Positions 1 to 9,043 of a DNA stretch of 29,090 nucleotides are shown here, piece by piece. The notes below the pieces were generated by a model that was given only the letters and a program-made list of their open reading frames with translations, was not told the origin of the DNA and ran no database searches. The position numbers and the translations under genes were made by a program. Numbering within the stretch: position 1 is the stretch's first letter; every line of letters begins with the position of its first letter. This DNA comes from an uncultured Azospirillum sp. (GTDB lineage: Bacteria > Pseudomonadota > Alphaproteobacteria > RF32 > CAG-239), in contig CABUAP010000001.1 in the NCBI GenBank assembly GCA_902489675.1, positions 1-29,090 on the forward strand. The letters are read 5' to 3'.

Positions 1-61
1 CGCTGACCACTCCCAACAACGGCACAAGCAGTAAAAAACAAATCATTAATTTAAGTTTCAT
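1..61 (-). CDS. N-terminus of a probably exported protein, truncated by the window edge
   Basis: ATG at 61-59 reads MKLKLMICFLLLVPLLGVVS..., a basic N-region plus hydrophobic core typical of a signal peptide; runs off the left edge. Confidence 0.5.
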   Translation of the reverse strand, partial: MKLKLMICFLLLVPLLGVVS

Positions 62-201
62 AGAATATTTCCAGTATATGACGACGGCAAAAACCTGCCT
101 TAGAAACAATTATCATTAGATATTATGTGATAACTACATGATAATTTTTTTTAATTCAACAACAATATTCAAATTATCTAATATTAATTGATATACAAAC
201 C

Positions 202-230
202 AAAACTCCCGGAATAATTCCGGGAGTTTT
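202..230. terminator. Intrinsic terminator downstream of metG (symmetric A/T tracts)
   Basis: AAAACTCCCGGAAT-A-ATTCCGGGAGTTTT perfect inverted repeat about 20 nt after the metG stop. Confidence 0.85.
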
Positions 231-252
231 CATAATCGACAACAGTTTCAAG

Positions 253-1776
253 CTATTCTTCAATCATCGGGAACAACGGATCGCCGACTTTGATTTCCGT
301 TCCTTCGGGCAGCGCAAACGGCTTAAACTCTCCTTTGAAACTTTCCGGCTCAACCCCGAGAGAAGCCTCAATCTTGCGCGCCGTAGCCGGTGTCAGCGGA
401 TACATCGCCAGCCCGATCAGACGCAGACATTCAAGCGTGGTATAAACCACAGCCTCAAAGCGTCCGCGTTCATCCGGATTTTTAGCCAGCACCCAAGGCG
501 TATTTGCGGCAAAATAAGCATTAACCGCATCCCCGGCTCTGACGATGCTTTCAGCCAGCTCACTGACTGTTTCAAGCGACATATCCTGATGGTAAATACG
601 GTCAAAACGACCGGCAATTTCATTGACCAACGCCTTATCCTGATCGTTTAAGGCCGCCGGCGAAGGCACTTTGCCGTCAAGGCTTTTCTGTACCATTTTC
701 AGTACCCGCATCTGCAAATTACCGATGTTATTGGCCAGCATTTTATAGCCCTGTTTCAACATGGCCACACTGATCTGAGAATCTCCGCCGAGCGTCATAT
801 TGTTGATCAGATAAAAACGCAGCGCGTCAACACCTAGCAGATTAACCACTTCCACCGGATCGACCACATTACCGAGCGATTTCGACATTTTAACGCCGCC
901 CTCGCCGATCCAATAGCCGTGAATAAAATAATGCTCCACCGGCGCAACACCCAAAGCGTGCAGCATAATCGGCCAGTAGATGCAGTGGGGTTTAAGAATA
1001 TCTTTGGCAATCAGATGATGAGAATGCGCCCAAACTGTTTCAAAATCCGGATTATGCCCATAATTTAAAGTAGAGATATAATTGACCAGCGCATCAAACC
1101 AGATATAGGTCACATAGTCATGATCAAACGGCAGTTCAACCCCCAGCCAAACCCGCGACTTCGGCCGCGAAATGCACAAATCTTCAAGCGGCTCTTTCAA
1201 CATCCCCAGAACCTCGTTGGCATATTTGGCCGGCTGAATCCAGTCCGGATGGGCTTTAATATAGTCAATCAGCCACTGACGATACGGTTCCAGACGGAAA
1301 AAGTAATTTTCTTCGCTGATTGCCTTCGGTGCCGCTTTATGATCCGGGCAGCAGCCGTTTTCATCAAGATCGGTTTTTTTCTTAAACTGCTCGCAGCCTT
1401 CGCAATAAAGTCCTTCATAAGACTTTTTGACAATCAGTCCCTTGTCATAAATATTTTGCAAAATTTCCTGTACGATCTTTTTATGTTCGGGACGCGACGT
1501 ACGAACAAAGTAATCAAAATCAATCCCGAGATCAACAAACAGATTGCGAAAATTATCGCTTTGGCGGGTCAAAAATTCATCAGCCGGCAGACCGCTCGCC
1601 TCAATGCTATGCTGATTTTTCTGCCCGTGTTCGTCGGTGCCGGTCGTATAATATACAGTATTGCCCCGCATCTGCTCAAACTTTTTCAGCACATCGCCCA
1701 AAATCGACGTGTAGGCGTGCCCGATATGCGGCAGCCCGTTCAAATAATAAATCGGGGTGGTAATATATTTCTGCAT
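253..1776 (-). CDS. metG: Methionyl-tRNA synthetase, short form without C-terminal tRNA-binding domain
   Basis: YITTPIYY start, HIGH, GTDEHG, zinc knuckle CEGC...CPDH, YIWFDAL, KMSKSLGN; AGGAG RBS upstream. Confidence 0.97.
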   Translation of the reverse strand: MQKYITTPIYYLNGLPHIGHAYTSILGDVLKKFEQMRGNTVYYTTGTDEHGQKNQHSIEASGLPADEFLTRQSDNFRNLFVDLGIDFDYFVRTSRPEHKKIVQEILQNIYDKGLIVKKSYEGLYCEGCEQFKKKTDLDENGCCPDHKAAPKAISEENYFFRLEPYRQWLIDYIKAHPDWIQPAKYANEVLGMLKEPLEDLCISRPKSRVWLGVELPFDHDYVTYIWFDALVNYISTLNYGHNPDFETVWAHSHHLIAKDILKPHCIYWPIMLHALGVAPVEHYFIHGYWIGEGGVKMSKSLGNVVDPVEVVNLLGVDALRFYLINNMTLGGDSQISVAMLKQGYKMLANNIGNLQMRVLKMVQKSLDGKVPSPAALNDQDKALVNEIAGRFDRIYHQDMSLETVSELAESIVRAGDAVNAYFAANTPWVLAKNPDERGRFEAVVYTTLECLRLIGLAMYPLTPATARKIEASLGVEPESFKGEFKPFALPEGTEIKVGDPLFPMIEE

Positions 1777-1819
1777 CGACGCTTTCTCCTAGTTAAACAA
1801 AATCAAATCTGTCCGGCAG

Positions 1820-1846
1820 AGTATACCAACTCATTGGCAAAATCAA
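1820..1846 (-). promoter_or_regulatory. Putative sigma70 extended -10 promoter of metG
   Basis: Minus strand TTGATT...TGGTATACT about 45 nt upstream of the ATG. Confidence 0.45.
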
Positions 1847-1991
1847 CGCTTTTTTAAGCGGTTATTGACAGCCGATGACGGCCTTTGCCGCTCAAAGAAA
1901 ATACAAATTTCAGACCCGACAGGCAAAAAAATGCTTTATTTTTTTAAAAATTGTGTTATATAAAGGATATTCTTTCATAAAAGTTCAATTG

Positions 1992-2019
1992 AAAGTGGGG
2001 CCGAAAGCCCCGCTTTTTT
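1992..2019 (+). promoter_or_regulatory. rimP leader terminator/attenuator hairpin
   Basis: AAAGTGGGGC-CGAAA-GCCCCGCTTTTTT lies between a TG-TTATAT promoter-like element (~1953-1961) and the rimP RBS. Confidence 0.7.
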
Positions 2020-2040
2020 GTTAATAAACAAGGAGTTTAT

Positions 2041-2556
2041 ATGCAAAAAAAACATCCGCTGCAGGAAATGCTGGAACCGCTCATCAACAACATGGGCTTT
2101 GATTTGGTGCGCATCATCACCATCGGCAATGTTAACCCCACCGTACAAATCATGATTGAACGCAAAGACCGGAAAAACATTGTTGTCGATGACTGCGCCG
2201 CTGTCAGTCGCGCCGTTTCCGCCCTTTTGGACGAAAAAGACCCGATCTCCGGACGCTACAATCTCGAAGTCAGTTCACCGGGGCTTGACCGCCCGCTGAC
2301 CGCGCTTGAAAACTTTGTCCGATTCGCCGGTTTTGAAGCCAAAATCGAAACGGATGTCGAAATTGAAAAACGCAAACGCTTCAAAGGCCGCATCCTCAGA
2401 GTGGATGAAAATGAAAATATTGTCTTTGCCATGGACGGGGAAGAATACCTTATCCCCTACGACGCCGTTTCTAAAGCCAAACTGCTTTTGACCGACGAAC
2501 TGCTGGCCGCCGCCGCAGCCGAAGCCGGCGAAGAAGAAACCGAAATTGAAGAATAA
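2041..2556 (+). CDS. rimP: Ribosome maturation factor RimP
   Basis: DDCAAVSR, YNLEVSSPGLDRPL motifs; first gene of the nusA-infB operon. Confidence 0.97.
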   Translation: MQKKHPLQEMLEPLINNMGFDLVRIITIGNVNPTVQIMIERKDRKNIVVDDCAAVSRAVSALLDEKDPISGRYNLEVSSPGLDRPLTALENFVRFAGFEAKIETDVEIEKRKRFKGRILRVDENENIVFAMDGEEYLIPYDAVSKAKLLLTDELLAAAAAEAGEEETEIEE

Positions 2557-2585
2557 CCTTAACTAAAATATTTAACGAGGGAAAA

Positions 2586-4121
2586 ATGCCAAACATCGAA
2601 AATATGCCCAGACCGGAAATTATCTTGGTTGCCGACACTGTCGCCCGTGAAAAAAACATCGACAAGGAAGACGTGTTTGTCGCCATGGAAGTTGCCATTC
2701 AGAAAGCCGCCCGCTCCCGCTACGGCTTCGAACATGACATCCGCGCTCAAATAGACCGCAAAACCGGCGCCATTACGCTGGAACGCTATCGCGAAGTGGT
2801 CGACGAAGTTGAAAACGAAGTAACTCAGCTGACGGTTGAAGAAGCTCAGGCATATAAGAAAGGTGCCGTTGCCGGCGATTTCATTATCGACACCCTGCCG
2901 CCGATCGATTTCGGCCGCGTTGCCGCCCAAACGGCCAAACAGGTCATCGTACAAAAAGTGCGCGATGCCGAACGCAACCGCCAATATGAAGAATACAAAG
3001 AAAAAATGGGTACCATCGTCAACGGCACCGTCAAACGAATCGAATTCGGCAATGTTGTGCTCGATATCGGCAAAACCGAGGCCATTCTGCGCCGTGACGA
3101 AATCATCCCGCGGGAAAAATTTAAAAACGGCGACCGCGTTCGCGCTTATGTGCTTGACGTCCGCCGTGAAGCCAAAGGCCCGCAGATTTTCCTTTCCCGT
3201 ACCTGTCCGGAATTTTTGGCGGCTCTGTTTACTCAGGAAGTCCCGGAAATTTATGACGGCATCGTCAAAATCATAGGTGTTGCCCGCGACCCCGGTTCCA
3301 AAGCCAAACTGGCGGTCAAAGCGGAAGACGTTACCATTGATCCGGTCGGCGCCTGCGTCGGCCTGCGCGGTATTCGCGTACAGGCGGTTGTTACCGAACT
3401 GCAAGGCGAAAAAATTGATATTATCCCCTATTCCGAAGACCGTGCCCAGTATATGGTCAGCGCCTTGGCTCCGGCAGAAGTCACCAAAGTGGTTATTGAC
3501 GAAGAAAACAACCGCATCGAAGCCGTCGTTCCGCAGGAACAGTTTTCGATCGCCATCGGCCGCCGCGGACAGAACGTCAAACTGGCATCTCAGCTTTTGA
3601 ACTGCGACATCGATGTTTTGACCGAAGAACAGGAGGCCGAACGCCGTTCCAACGAAAACAAAGTCCGCTCTCAGCGCTTCATGGAAGCTCTTGACGTTGA
3701 TGAAATGATCGCTCACCTGCTGATCGCCGAAGGCTTCTCCACTGTCGACGAAGTGGCTCTGGTACCGCTGCACGAACTGGCCGAAATCGAAGGCTTTGAC
3801 GAAGACATTGCCACCGAACTGCAAAACCGCGCCAAAGAATTTGTCGCCAAACGCAACGCTGAATTTGCCGAAAAGAGCAAAACCCTCGGCATTGACGATA
3901 CCTTAAAAACAGTAACCGGGCTTGATCAGGAAATGATTCTGATTTTGGCCGAAAAAGGTGTCAAAACGTTAGATGATCTGGCCGATCTGGCCGCAGACGA
4001 GTTGATCGAAATGCTCGGCGAAAACACACTCTCGCAGACCGAAGCCAACAAAATCATTATGGCTGCCCGCGAGCATTGGTTTGAAAACGAAGGACAAGAA
4101 GGCGAGGATGAAGGAAAATAA
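2586..4121 (+). CDS. nusA: Transcription termination/antitermination factor NusA with C-terminal acidic repeats
   Basis: FGRVAAQTAKQVI, S1 and KH domains (ARDPGSKAK, GEKIDII, AIGRRGQNVKLA), acidic HhH-like C-terminus. Confidence 0.98.
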   Translation: MPNIENMPRPEIILVADTVAREKNIDKEDVFVAMEVAIQKAARSRYGFEHDIRAQIDRKTGAITLERYREVVDEVENEVTQLTVEEAQAYKKGAVAGDFIIDTLPPIDFGRVAAQTAKQVIVQKVRDAERNRQYEEYKEKMGTIVNGTVKRIEFGNVVLDIGKTEAILRRDEIIPREKFKNGDRVRAYVLDVRREAKGPQIFLSRTCPEFLAALFTQEVPEIYDGIVKIIGVARDPGSKAKLAVKAEDVTIDPVGACVGLRGIRVQAVVTELQGEKIDIIPYSEDRAQYMVSALAPAEVTKVVIDEENNRIEAVVPQEQFSIAIGRRGQNVKLASQLLNCDIDVLTEEQEAERRSNENKVRSQRFMEALDVDEMIAHLLIAEGFSTVDEVALVPLHELAEIEGFDEDIATELQNRAKEFVAKRNAEFAEKSKTLGIDDTLKTVTGLDQEMILILAEKGVKTLDDLADLAADELIEMLGENTLSQTEANKIIMAAREHWFENEGQEGEDEGK

Positions 4122-4674
4122 TCCAAATCGCACTTGCTTGGTCACGGGGGAGGAAAAAGCCAAAGACGAACTCTTGCGCTTTACCCTCACCCCCGACCGT
4201 CAGGTCGTGCCCGATTTTAAGAAAAAACTGCCGGGAAAAGGCTTTTATATAACCAATTCCCGAACCGTTCTTGAACAGGCCGCGAGCAAAAACATTTTCA
4301 AGAAACTCGGCAAAAACACCAAAGTTGATCCGTTTTTGGTGGAAACTGTCGAAAATATCTTGAAAAATCGGGCACTTGACGCTATAAATCTGGCTAAGAA
4401 AGCCGGAGCGCTGATTACCGGGTTTGAAAAAGTCCGTGAAAATCTGCAAAAAGGCAAGGTTGCTTTTATTATTGAAGCGGTTGACGCCGGCAGCGACGGC
4501 GCTGCCAAAATCAGAACAGCCGCCGGGAATACGGAAATTTTGACATTGTTTGAAGTTGAGGAGTTGGATAAGGCATTAAACAGAACAAACACGGTACACG
4601 CCGCCGTGCTGAAAGGCGGGATGGCGGAAATGGTCCGCAGCCAATTGCAAAAATGGCAAAATTTCAATTCCTAA
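4108..4674 (+). CDS. YlxR/DUF448 RNA-binding domain fused to an L7Ae-like domain
   Basis: RTCLVTGE...ELLRF, KLPGKGFY, LAKKAGALITGFEKV, VHAAV; ATG at 4108 overlaps the nusA end; position between nusA and infB. Confidence 0.88.
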   Translation: MKENNPNRTCLVTGEEKAKDELLRFTLTPDRQVVPDFKKKLPGKGFYITNSRTVLEQAASKNIFKKLGKNTKVDPFLVETVENILKNRALDAINLAKKAGALITGFEKVRENLQKGKVAFIIEAVDAGSDGAAKIRTAAGNTEILTLFEVEELDKALNRTNTVHAAVLKGGMAEMVRSQLQKWQNFNS

Positions 4675-4701
4675 AAAATGTAAGATGGAGAAAATTTAAG
4701 T

Positions 4702-7188
4702 ATGACAGAAGATAATGCAAAGTCAAAGTTAACATTATCGGGAAAAAAGACCCTCACCCTCAAAAATCTGGGTGACAGCAGACCCGCCGGCGACGGCAAA
4801 AAAGTGGTGCAGGTTGAAGTGCGCAAAAAAAGAGTGATTAATACCTCGGCAACCGCGACCAAAGAAGTAAAAATTGACGAAGCTACCGCCGCCAAGCTCA
4901 AACTGATTGCCGAAGCCAAAGAACACGAAGCCCGCCGGCAGCAGGAAGAAGACGAAAAAGCAGCCTTGCGCCAAAAACAAAAAGAAGAAGAAGCCCGCCT
5001 GAAAGAACAGGAAGAAGCCAAACGCCGCGAGGAAGAAGAACGTCTGGAAAAAGAAAAAGCCGAAAAAGCGCGTCAGGCAGCGGCCAAAGAAAAATCACAG
5101 CCGGAAAAAACCGACGAAGACCGCGGCTTCAAAAACAAAGAAAAAGAACGCCGCGACAAAGATTTTGACGACGAAGACGAAGATGAAAATCACGTCAAAA
5201 AAGCGCGGCCGCTGACCGAAAAAAGCAAAAGCAAAGAAGAAGTTTTTGAGCAGGAACGCAAGAAGATTACCAAACGCAGTTTTGAACCTCAGCGCCGCAA
5301 CCCGAAAGTAAACATCCATACTTTCGGCGGTGACGATGATGAAGACGACTACGGCTATGCCGCTCCCCGCCGCCGCTTTAAGAAAAAACAGCCTAAACCG
5401 GCACCGGTTGCCCAACCGCAGGAAAAGATCATTAAAGAAGTGATTATTCCCGAAGTGATCACTGTACAGGAACTGGCGAACCGTATGGCGGAAAAAGGGG
5501 CGGAAGTGATTAAAAAACTGATGTCGCTCGGCGTAATGGCAACCATCAACCAGCCGATCGACGCCGATACCGCGCAAATTATCGTCGAGGAAATGGGACA
5601 CAAATGGAAGCGCGTTGCCGACAGCGACGTCGAAATGGTCTTAAGCGAAGAAGAAAACCAACCGGAAAATATGCGCCCCCGCGCGCCGGTGGTAACCGTT
5701 ATGGGCCACGTCGATCACGGCAAGACCTCGCTTTTGGACGCCCTGCGCGAAACCAACGTTGCCGCCAAAGAAGCCGGCGGCATCACCCAACATATCGGTG
5801 CTTACCAAATCACACTCGGCGACGGTCAAAAGATTACATTTATCGACACCCCCGGCCACGAAGCATTTTCCGAAATGCGCGCCCGCGGGGCCAAAGTGAC
5901 CGACATCGTGGTTTTGGTCGTGGCCGCCAATGACGGCATCATGCCGCAAACGGTAGAAGCGATTCGCCATGCTCAGGCCGCGGAAGTGCCGATTGTGGTT
6001 GCCATCAACAAAATCGATCTGCCCGGCGCCGATCCGATGAAAGTAAAAACCGCACTTTTGCAGCATGGCATTGCCATTGAAGAAATGGGCGGCGAATGCC
6101 TGTGCGCCGAAGTTTCCGCCAAAAAGCGGATGAATATCGATAAACTGGTAGAAGCCATCCTGCTGCAAGCCGAAATCCTTGATCTCAAGGCCGACCCAAC
6201 CTGCAAAGCCGGCGGTACCGTCATTGAAGCCAAAATGGAAAAAGGCCGCGGTTCGGTAGCGACCTTGTTGGTACAGAAAGGCACCTTAAAAGTCGGCGAC
6301 ATTATTATTGCCGGCAAAGAATGGGGACACGTCCGTGCCATGTTCAACGAACACGGTCACAAGATTTTTGAAGCCGGACCGGCGACCCCGGTTGAAGTCA
6401 TCGGCCTGCAGGGAACCCCTGCCGCCGGCGATAACTTCAATATGGTGGAAAGCGAATCCCAAGCCAAAGAAATCACCAATTACCGCATCCAAAAAGAACG
6501 CGATGCCAAACTGGTCAAGAGCGCCAAATCGGCGATGGAACAGATGCTCGACAAGATCAAATCGGGCGAATCCAAACACCTGCCGGTTATCATCAAGGCC
6601 GACGTTCAGGGTTCGATCGAAGCCATCGAAGGCACTTTGAACAAACTGTCGAACAACGAAGTCAGTGTTCAGATTCTGCACTCGGCGGTCGGTCCGATTT
6701 CGGAATCTGATATCACTTTGGCCAAGGCCTCTAACGCGCTGATCATCGGCTTTAATGTCCGCGCCATTCCGCAGGCTCGCGATATGGCTCGCCGCGACGG
6801 GGTTGACATCCGCTACTATTCGATTATCTACGATGTGGCCGATGATGTGAAGAAAGGTCTGGAAGGCCTGCTCTCGCCCGAACTGCGTGAGAAACTCCTC
6901 GGTTACGCCGAAATCCGCAATGTCTTTAACATCACCGGTGTCGGCAAAGTTGCCGGCTGCATGATTACCGAAGGCATGGTCAAACGCGGTGCCAAAGTCC
7001 GCCTACTGCGCGACAACGTGGTTATCCACGACGGCAGCCTCGGTCAGCTGAAACGTTTCAAAGACGATGTCAAGGAAGTCAAAGAAGGTTATGAATGCGG
7101 TATGAGTTTTGAAAACTACAACGACATTCAGGTCGGTGACTTTATCGAATGCTACGAAATCGAAACCATCGCCGCCAAACTGGCGTAA
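4702..7188 (+). CDS. infB: Translation initiation factor IF-2
   Basis: [31 protein letters not shown] GTPase motifs; C-terminal [16 protein letters not shown]. Confidence 0.99.
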   Translation: MTEDNAKSKLTLSGKKTLTLKNLGDSRPAGDGKKVVQVEVRKKRVINTSATATKEVKIDEATAAKLKLIAEAKEHEARRQQEEDEKAALRQKQKEEEARLKEQEEAKRREEEERLEKEKAEKARQAAAKEKSQPEKTDEDRGFKNKEKERRDKDFDDEDEDENHVKKARPLTEKSKSKEEVFEQERKKITKRSFEPQRRNPKVNIHTFGGDDDEDDYGYAAPRRRFKKKQPKPAPVAQPQEKIIKEVIIPEVITVQELANRMAEKGAEVIKKLMSLGVMATINQPIDADTAQIIVEEMGHKWKRVADSDVEMVLSEEENQPENMRPRAPVVTVMGHVDHGKTSLLDALRETNVAAKEAGGITQHIGAYQITLGDGQKITFIDTPGHEAFSEMRARGAKVTDIVVLVVAANDGIMPQTVEAIRHAQAAEVPIVVAINKIDLPGADPMKVKTALLQHGIAIEEMGGECLCAEVSAKKRMNIDKLVEAILLQAEILDLKADPTCKAGGTVIEAKMEKGRGSVATLLVQKGTLKVGDIIIAGKEWGHVRAMFNEHGHKIFEAGPATPVEVIGLQGTPAAGDNFNMVESESQAKEITNYRIQKERDAKLVKSAKSAMEQMLDKIKSGESKHLPVIIKADVQGSIEAIEGTLNKLSNNEVSVQILHSAVGPISESDITLAKASNALIIGFNVRAIPQARDMARRDGVDIRYYSIIYDVADDVKKGLEGLLSPELREKLLGYAEIRNVFNITGVGKVAGCMITEGMVKRGAKVRLLRDNVVIHDGSLGQLKRFKDDVKEVKEGYECGMSFENYNDIQVGDFIECYEIETIAAKLA

Positions 7189-7200
7189 CAGATTAATTTG

Positions 7201-7246
7201 AAAGCAGACCGGAAATCCTTGACTTTACGGATTTTCGGTTTGTTTT
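7201..7246 (+). terminator. 18-bp stem-loop between infB and rbfA (terminator or processing stem)
   Basis: AAAGCAGACCGGAAATCC pairs with GGATTTTCGGTTTGTTTT including three G-U pairs that only work on the + strand RNA. Confidence 0.55.
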
Positions 7247-7266
7247 GTATCAAAAGGAAGAAAAAA

Positions 7267-7647
7267 ATGGCAATAAAAGAACAATCCCAGCGGCAGCTTC
7301 GGGTCGGCCAGGAGATCAAAAAGATTATCGCAGCCGAAATCAACCAGGGACGAGTCCGCAATCTGGAAGGGATCAATACTCTGGTTACGGTTATGGAAGC
7401 TCAGGTTTCGCCCGATCTGAAATATGCCGATGTTTATTTTATCACCTCCAACCCGGAAACCGACGCAGAAGTATTGGAAGGGCTGCAGCTGGCAGCCAAC
7501 CATTTTCGCAAGGTGATCGCCAGTAAAACAACACTGCGCTACGTTCCGGAAATTCGTTTTAAGATTGACAACAGTTTTGCCGAGGTTGACAGAATTGAAA
7601 AACTGCTTCACGATCCGAAAGTAAGCAAGGATCTGGCAGACAAATAA
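7267..7647 (+). CDS. rbfA: 30S ribosome-binding factor A
   Basis: SQRQLRVGQEIK, VSPDLKYADVY, LRYVPEIRF; ATG at 7267 with AGGAAG upstream. Confidence 0.96.
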   Translation: MAIKEQSQRQLRVGQEIKKIIAAEINQGRVRNLEGINTLVTVMEAQVSPDLKYADVYFITSNPETDAEVLEGLQLAANHFRKVIASKTTLRYVPEIRFKIDNSFAEVDRIEKLLHDPKVSKDLADK

Positions 7648-7653
7648 AAAACG

Positions 7654-7679
7654 TCCCCGGATCAACCGGGGATTTTTTT
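7654..7679 (+). terminator. Intrinsic terminator after rbfA
   Basis: TCCCCGG-ATCAA-CCGGGGA followed by T7. Confidence 0.75.
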
Positions 7680-7718
7680 GCCCCCAACGTTGTTCAACAA
7701 CTTTACAAGGACACAATA

Positions 7719-8636
7719 ATGAAGCATCGCAAAGGAAATCCCGTCAACGGCTGGCTTATCATTGACAAGCCGGAAGGGGTAGGATCAACCACTGTTGTCA
7801 ATCTCACCCGCCGCCTGCTGAATGCGCAAAAAAACGGCCATACCGGTACGCTTGATCCGTTTGCCAGCGGCATCTTGCCGATTGCTTTTGGCGAAACCAC
7901 CAAACTGATCGATTTTTTGGATGACGAAACCAAAGAATACGAATTTACCGTTCAATGGGGCACCGAAACCGACAGCGCCGACAGCGACGGCACCGTCACC
8001 GCAACTTGCGAGAAAGTGCCGACAGACGAAGAAATTCTATCTGTCCTGCCGGAATTTTGCGGGGAAATCACACAGACACCGCCGGCCTTTTCCGCCGTTA
8101 AGATCAACGGCCGCCGCGCTTACGATCTGGCGCGCAAAGGCGAAGAAGTCAATATTCCCGAACGTCAAATCACCGTTTACAAGCTGGATTTTATCGGCAG
8201 CCTGCCCGGCGGCCGCAGTTGCTTCAAAGTCTGCTGCTCCAAAGGAACTTATGTGCGCAGCCTTGGTCGCGATATTGCCCGCCGGCTCGGCACACTGGGG
8301 CACCTCTGCCGGCTGCGCCGTACCCGCTCGGGAATTTTTGACGAGTCTGTAAAAATTTTGCTGGAAACTTTGCAAAATGTAGTGTATGTTGACGAGCGTA
8401 AACAATTTTTGCTTCCGTCAGAAACCTCTCTGCGCGACATCGCGGTTATGGCTGTTTCGGAAGCGGAAGCTGCCAAACTCCTCCACGGACAGGCTTTGTC
8501 ACCCAAATCGCGGGAACATTCGTTTTCCGCCGGGCAGACGGTTGCCGCCGTTTATGAGGGGCGATTGGTGGCAATGCTGCGGATTGAAGAAAGCAGATTC
8601 TCTCCGATTCGCGTATTTAATTTTAACCAAGAATAA
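7719..8636 (+). CDS. truB: tRNA pseudouridine(55) synthase TruB
   Basis: GWLIIDKP, GHTGTLDP, FSAVKINGRRAY, CSKGTYVRSL. Confidence 0.98.
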   Translation: MKHRKGNPVNGWLIIDKPEGVGSTTVVNLTRRLLNAQKNGHTGTLDPFASGILPIAFGETTKLIDFLDDETKEYEFTVQWGTETDSADSDGTVTATCEKVPTDEEILSVLPEFCGEITQTPPAFSAVKINGRRAYDLARKGEEVNIPERQITVYKLDFIGSLPGGRSCFKVCCSKGTYVRSLGRDIARRLGTLGHLCRLRRTRSGIFDESVKILLETLQNVVYVDERKQFLLPSETSLRDIAVMAVSEAEAAKLLHGQALSPKSREHSFSAGQTVAAVYEGRLVAMLRIEESRFSPIRVFNFNQE

Positions 8637-8651
8637 AAGGAATAAAAAAAG

Positions 8652-8921
8652 ATGTCGATTACTAAAGAACTGAAGAATGAATTGGCCAAAACTTATGGCC
8701 AGAGCGAAGGCGATACCGGCTGCCCGGAAGTTCAGATTGCAATCTGGACCACCCGCATCAACAGCCTGATCGAACACTTCAATGTTCACCGCAAAGACCT
8801 GCACTCCCGTCTGGGTCTGATGAAGATGGTCAGCAAACGCCGCCACCTTCTCGACTACCTGAAGAAAAAAGACGAAAAGAGATATCAGGAAATCATTAAA
8901 AAGCTTAACATTCGTCGTTAA
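8652..8921 (+). CDS. rpsO: 30S ribosomal protein S15
   Basis: [28 protein letters not shown]; 89 aa. Confidence 0.98.
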   Translation: MSITKELKNELAKTYGQSEGDTGCPEVQIAIWTTRINSLIEHFNVHRKDLHSRLGLMKMVSKRRHLLDYLKKKDEKRYQEIIKKLNIRR

Positions 8922-8929
8922 GGTTTTGC

Positions 8930-8968
8930 AAGTATTGCGGAACATTACACAGGTTCCGCAATACTTTT
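8930..8968 (+). terminator. Hairpin after rpsO (terminator or pnp leader processing stem)
   Basis: Perfect 14-bp stem AAGTATTGCGGAAC/GTTCCGCAATACTT followed by Ts. Confidence 0.65.
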
Positions 8969-9043
8969 ATCAAAATCCTGCCTTAATTAAAAGACAGGTG
9001 ATGTTTTTAAAAGATGTAAGATGAAAAGAAAGGTAAGTTTAAT

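Noticed and set aside
2559..2577. TTAA...TTAAC pairs resembling CtrA boxes (also near 12670 and 27152)
   Set aside because: Spacings are 9, 5 and 8 nt rather than the 7 nt of the TTAA-N7-TTAA consensus, in AT-rich DNA
2559..3824. 421-aa antisense ORF over nusA, and similar shadow ORFs over metG, infB, pnp, tsf, xerD and dnaJ
   Set aside because: They lie opposite well-conserved genes and are explained by codon bias; no independent motifs or RBS
4900..5400. Low-complexity GAA/AAA-rich repeats in infB
   Set aside because: Normal charged N-terminal region of IF-2
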